Source of the DNA: Balanoglossus misakiensis
Taxonomy: Eukaryota; Animalia; Hemichordata
DNA: 64,000 bases
Direction of reading: 5' to 3'
NCBI GenBank assembly: GCA_040954595.2
Contig: CM082583.2
Location: forward strand, 838,542 to 902,541
A program made the translations under genes and the position numbers. Of the stretch, positions 61,401 through 64,000 are shown piece after piece. The first letter of the stretch is position 1. The number at the start of each line of letters is the position of its first letter. The notes under the pieces were generated by a model. That model had not been told where the DNA came from and did not search any database. It worked only from the letters and a program-made list of their open reading frames with translations.

Positions 61401-64000
61401 CGACTTGATCACCGTTGTTAACTTACGCCAGTCTGTGTCCTATATATAGTGCCGGGGCATCAGCCGTGCCAGGCCGAAGGAAATGTGAGTAGATCAACGT
61501 GGTCTCTGTACGCGTGTTTCTGCTCTAGAGTGCCAGGGCTTTAGCCAAGCCATGCCGTAGGAAATCTGACTTGATCAACGTTGCTAACGAACGCTAGTGT
61601 CTGTCATAGTGTGCCAGGGTTTTAGTCGAGCCAAGCCGTAGGAGATCAGACTTGATTAACGTGGTCTCTGTACGCGTGTTTCTGCTCTAGAGTGCCGGGG
61701 CTTTATCCAACCCATGCCGTAGAAAATCTGACTTGATCACCGTTGCTAACGTACGCTAGCGTCTGTCATATTGTGACGGAGATTTAGCAGAGCCAGGCCG
61801 TAGAAAAATCGACATGTTCAACGTTACCAGTGTGCAACTGTTTCTGCTCTAGAGTGTCAGGGTTTTAGCCGACTTATGCTGTAGGAAATCTGAGTTGATG
61901 AATGGGAATTCAATGTTAGAAAACCCGTGTGGAAAGTATCTCTACCCGTTTGAAACTAAGAAAAGAATTTATTCTTATTTATTTTGTAAAAAAGACAATT
62001 TTTCGAAAAAAAGTCGAAAATGGTAATTTTGTCTTGGGTGATTCAAATTATACCGCCTTTTCTGGAATTTGCTGCACTTCTTACAAGAGAACGACACTTC
62101 ATGCTCCATAATATTTCGGAAAATGAAGAAAAGAGTTATTTTTTATGATTTTTTAAAAATTTACCATTTTTGTCAAAATATGGCCAAAATGGCTATTTTT
62201 TCTTGAATTCCGTCAATATATCTGCATTTTTGGAGTGGTCGAAAGTTTTAACATACAATCAACATGTCATATATGATCAGGGCACCAAATTCGAAGAACA
62301 AAGGTTTTTTTATTTTTTTTTCTAAAAATGACATTTTCAAGGAAAATTTGGTAAAACGCAATTTTGTCTGCAGTGAGCCAAATTGGCCGTTTTTTGTGGA
62401 ATTTGTATCGATATATATATACGAAGAGCATTCTATACTCCATCAGATTTCCGAAAATGTAGAAAACAGGTATTTTTGTAATTTTCAAAAATTTACCATT
62501 TTGACCAAATTGTGGCTAAAATTGTTATTTTCGTGTTGAATGCCGCCAGTGTCACTGCTTTTAAAAGTCATAAAAACTTTTAACATACAAGCAATTGTTT
62601 ATATATGATCAGGTCACCGAATTAAAAAAATAAAGAATGTTTTGCCTAAAAATGACCTTTTTGGTGCAAAAACGAATAAAACGCAATTTTGTATTAAATC
62701 AGAGTGCATTTTTTATAATCAGCACCATTTTTACATATAATGGAAATTTCATACATCATCAGATATCCAAATATGAAAAAATGATTTAGATTTTAGATGA
62801 TTGTCCAAAATTAGCTGATATGTAATAAATGTAGTATTGAACCGTTCTGTTCCCCCCCCCCCCTACATTATATGCGGTACGCCGATGTCAGCTTACCCGG
62901 CAGTACTGCAGGCCGTGCCCCCAACTAACGTCGGTGTTTGAAACGCCCTGGTTAAATTCGGGCTTTCTCTATAAATTGACAGGCAATAATGCAGTCCTAC
63001 TGGAACAAATGTCAAGTGTTGAACCGTTGTGACTTTCCCTGTTCGGTTTGCCCGACTTAGCCAACGTCTTTGTACTAGAGTGTCGGGTCTTTTGCAGAGC
63101 CAGGCCGAAGGAAATCCGACTTGATCACCGTTGCTAACGAACGCTAGTGTCTGTCATGGTGTGCCGGGGTTTTAGTCGAGCCAGGCCGTAGGAGATCTGA
63201 CTTGATCATCGTGGTCAATGTACGCGTGTTTCCGCTCTAAAGTGCCGGGGCTTCAGCTAAACCAGGCCGTAGGAAATCCGACGTAATCACCGTTGATAAC
63301 TTGCGCCAGTCTGTGTCATATAGAGCCGGTGCACCAGCCGAGTCACGCCGTAGGAAATCTGACTTGATCAACGTGGTCAATGTACGCCTGTTTCTGCTCT
63401 AGAGTGCCGGGGCTTCAGCTGAGCCAGGCCGTAGGAAACCCGACGTGATTACCGTTGTTAACTTACGCCAGTCTGTGTCCTATATATAGTGCCGGGGCAT
63501 CAGCCGTGCCAGGCCGAAGGAAATGTGAGTAGATCAACGTGGTCTCTGTACGCGTGTTTCTGCTCTAGAGTGCCAGGGCTTTAGCCAAGCCATGCCGTAG
63601 GAAATCTGACTTGATCAACGTTGCTAACGAACGCTAGTGTCTGTCATAGTGTGCCATGGTTTTAGTCGAGCCAAGCCGTAGGAGATCAGACTTGATCAAC
63701 GTGGTCTCTGTACGCGTGTTTCTGCTCTAGAGTGCCGGGGCTTTATCCAAGCCATGCCGTAGAAAATCTGACTTGATCACCGTTGCTAACGTACGCTAGT
63801 GTCTGTCATATTGTGACGGTGATTTAGCGGAGCCAGGCCGTAGAAAAATCGACATGTTCAACGTTACCAGTGTGCAACTGTTTCTGCTCTAGAGTGTCAG
63901 GGTTTTAGCCGACTTATGCTGTAGGAAATCTGAGTTGATGAATGGGAATTCAATGTTAGAAAACCCGTGTGGAAAGTATCTCTACCAGTTTGAAACTAAG

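Larger units (their letters stand above)
25290..64000. repeat. Macrosatellite of ~2.0-kb units (about 15), each with ~80-bp subrepeats, a ~950-bp AT-rich block and a ~200-bp GC-richer block
   Basis: Marker GTGGAAAGTATCTCTACC at 25948, 27997, 30048, 37107, 44216, 46190, 48083, 49976, 51946, 54078, 56123, 58165, 60212, 61929, 63969. The array runs off the right edge. Confidence 0.97.

Noticed and set aside
25948-62539. Recurrent 60-100 aa ORFs (MESISTRLK.., MSKYGQN.., MSYMIRAP..) in the macrosatellite
   Set aside because: Low-complexity AT-rich frames that open and close with homopolymer indels; no coding signature.

Overview
Repeat-dominated eukaryotic DNA. Spliceosomal introns and the element types suggest a marine invertebrate, though that is an inference. 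1-4066: a young satellite of 274-bp and 452-bp monomers forming a 726-bp higher-order unit. 4075-7517: a Penelope-like retroelement (RT plus C-terminal GIY-YIG, Hydra-clade-like) with a ~1-kb inverted arm and two hammerhead ribozymes. 7889-25289: two multi-exon genes that the ORF track misses, lying tail-to-tail. One is an IS3/IS481-type DDE 'integrase core' transposase (+, 7 exons seen). The other is a BTB-BACK-PHR-like / acidic / coiled-coil / UBX-like gene (-, damaged). They are followed by subterminal-type repeats and a ...CCATA end that joins satellite DNA directly. I read this block as the right part of a large IS3EU-like DNA transposon with a ubiquitin-system cargo gene; it also holds a CR1/L2 LINE and several MITEs. 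25290-64000: a ~2-kb macrosatellite (~80-bp subrepeats, an AT-rich block and a hairpin-rich block). One Tx1-type L1 retrotransposon inserted into it and was then copied by a 7109-bp tandem duplication. All family assignments come from motifs recognised by eye; no database search was run.
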